Of a stretch of DNA of 57,604 nucleotides, positions 56,589 through 57,604 are shown piece by piece. The notes beneath the pieces were generated by a model, which had not been told where the DNA came from, did no database searches, and saw nothing but the letters and a program-made list of their open reading frames with translations. Source of the DNA: Clostridiales bacterium UBA4821 (lineage in GTDB: Bacteria > Bacillota > Clostridia > Acetivibrionales > UBA4821); NCBI GenBank assembly GCA_002402315.1, contig DHFP01000270.1, positions 1 through 57,604 on the forward strand. The letters run 5' to 3'. A program made the translations under genes and the position numbers. Positions within the stretch are counted from its first letter, which is position 1. Each line of letters opens with the position of its first letter.

Positions 56589-57482
56589 TCAGCTTACCAG
56601 GTCAAGACCTAATAGGGCCTTATAACTCTGATCATGTGATAGCTTTTTATTGTATATTCCAACTATAACGTTCTGATAATCTCTTTTTTTATCCTGTTCT
56701 CCAACCTCAACTCCATCTGGCTTAAATCCTATTAGCATACCATTTTCTTTACCCAGCGAAGTAAATGGTATCAACCTGAATCGACTTGCCCAGTTTGTGT
56801 TTACTACTGCTTGAGATACTAAATCAAGGTTATCTTCACTGCCTGCAGAGAATACCTTACTTATTTCTTCCGGCAGTATATCTTTTAATACACAATACTC
56901 AACAACCACCACCGGCATGTTTGATATTGGATCCTTAAGAGAATTTCCTGTATCAATAAGCGCTTTAATCGATACTGTCTTTTCCCTAAATTTAATTGAG
57001 ACAGGAATCATAATATTTTCTTTTGTCATCTTGGACTTTACAAAATCCCAGCTAATTCTTGTTACTATGTAGGCAATTATAGAAGATAATAGTAGTGTCC
57101 TTAGCGGAAAATTGTTTATATAAAACACACCATTATATAGCATTTCTTCCGATTCAAGAAAATAAAATAGCCCAAAAGCTGCTCCTCCGAAAACAAATGA
57201 AACTAAGTAAAAAACGCCTGTTAGCCGTATAAAATCTTTAATTTTTTCCGGCCAGAAGGTTACTGCTATAATAGCCAATGAAAGAAAAAGCTTGGCAATC
57301 AGGGTAAAATAAATCTCAAATCCCGGGAGAAATGCAGCCACTACATAAACTGCCCCTATTAAAGCACCTAGAAATAATCTTACTGTGCTGACCTTTACCC
57401 GCGAAAAATGAGAGGTTACAGCAAGAATAATAAAATTAATTGCGATATTTTCCAGCAATAATACATCTACATATACCGTCAC
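56589..57482 (-). CDS. spoIIGA: sigma-E processing aspartic protease SpoIIGA
   Basis: Five N-terminal TM helices and ALIDTGNSLKDP (DTGN active site). GTG at 57482 behind GAGGGG is preferred, because the ATG at 57539 lies upstream of the predicted -10. Confidence 0.88.
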   Translation of the reverse strand: MTVYVDVLLLENIAINFIILAVTSHFSRVKVSTVRLFLGALIGAVYVVAAFLPGFEIYFTLIAKLFLSLAIIAVTFWPEKIKDFIRLTGVFYLVSFVFGGAAFGLFYFLESEEMLYNGVFYINNFPLRTLLLSSIIAYIVTRISWDFVKSKMTKENIMIPVSIKFREKTVSIKALIDTGNSLKDPISNMPVVVVEYCVLKDILPEEISKVFSAGSEDNLDLVSQAVVNTNWASRFRLIPFTSLGKENGMLIGFKPDGVEVGEQDKKRDYQNVIVGIYNKKLSHDQSYKALLGLDLVS

Positions 57483-57516
57483 TTTATACCCCTCAGCTTC
57501 GCTATTGACTATTGCT

Positions 57517-57581
57517 ATTATATATGAAAACTTTTCCAAAATTTGTCATTTTGTCCTGCCGAATAAAAAATATTTTCGACA
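57517..57581 (-). promoter_or_regulatory. spoIIG-type promoter: TATAAT, a 21-nt spacer, ATGACA, plus two Spo0A-box matches
   Basis: -10 at 57517-22, -35-like element at 57544-49, TGCCGAA at 57557-63 (plus strand), TGTCGAA at 57575-81 (minus strand). Confidence 0.5.
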
Positions 57582-57592
57582 TCAGTAGACAG

Positions 57593-57604
57593 GGGGACGG
57601 TTCT
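57593..57604. repeat. edge-truncated second copy of the 4654-4719 palindrome arm
   Basis: ggggacggttct is identical to 4661-4672; the window ends inside it. Confidence 0.4.

Noticed and set aside
1-57604. CRISPR arrays, tRNA/rRNA genes, transposases, integrases and prophage structural genes
   Set aside because: I looked for regularly spaced 25-40-nt direct repeats, cloverleaf-like GC-rich 75-nt blocks and DDE/recombinase motifs in the translations. None was found.

Overview
Low-GC Firmicute chromosome segment, Clostridia-like: it carries gpr, spoIIGA-sigE-sigG, codY and a Bacillus/Clostridium-type fla/che operon. Almost all genes are on the minus strand. From right to left on that strand: spoIIGA-sigE-sigG, ylmC, nrdR, comM, a roughly 2.5 kb accessory insertion, dprA-topA-trmFO-codY, then one tightly packed flagellar/chemotaxis operon of about 32 kb (flgB at 43976 down to fliA, a FapA-like gene and two small orphan genes near 11.1-12.2 kb). 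After that come an M16 peptidase, holA and gpr. The left end holds an MCP and a bactofilin on the plus strand, greA, an M50 protease and tsaD. No rRNA, tRNA, CRISPR array, transposase or recombinase gene was recognised. Observations worth following up: (1) A GC-rich, ORF-poor block at about 49.76-50.48 kb has several long, nearly perfect, partly crossing helices. It lies inside the insertion that splits comM from dprA and sits just upstream of orphan small-protein genes, so it is a candidate large structured RNA that I could not assign to any family from memory. (2) A 200-nt rod-like imperfect hairpin is wedged between fliI and fliJ. (3) A perfect 30-bp-arm palindrome lies at 4654-4719, and a 12-nt arm fragment recurs at the right window edge. 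(4) Short arrays of tandem heptanucleotides occur in many intergenic spacers. All functional calls rest on motifs read from the supplied translations. No database search was run.
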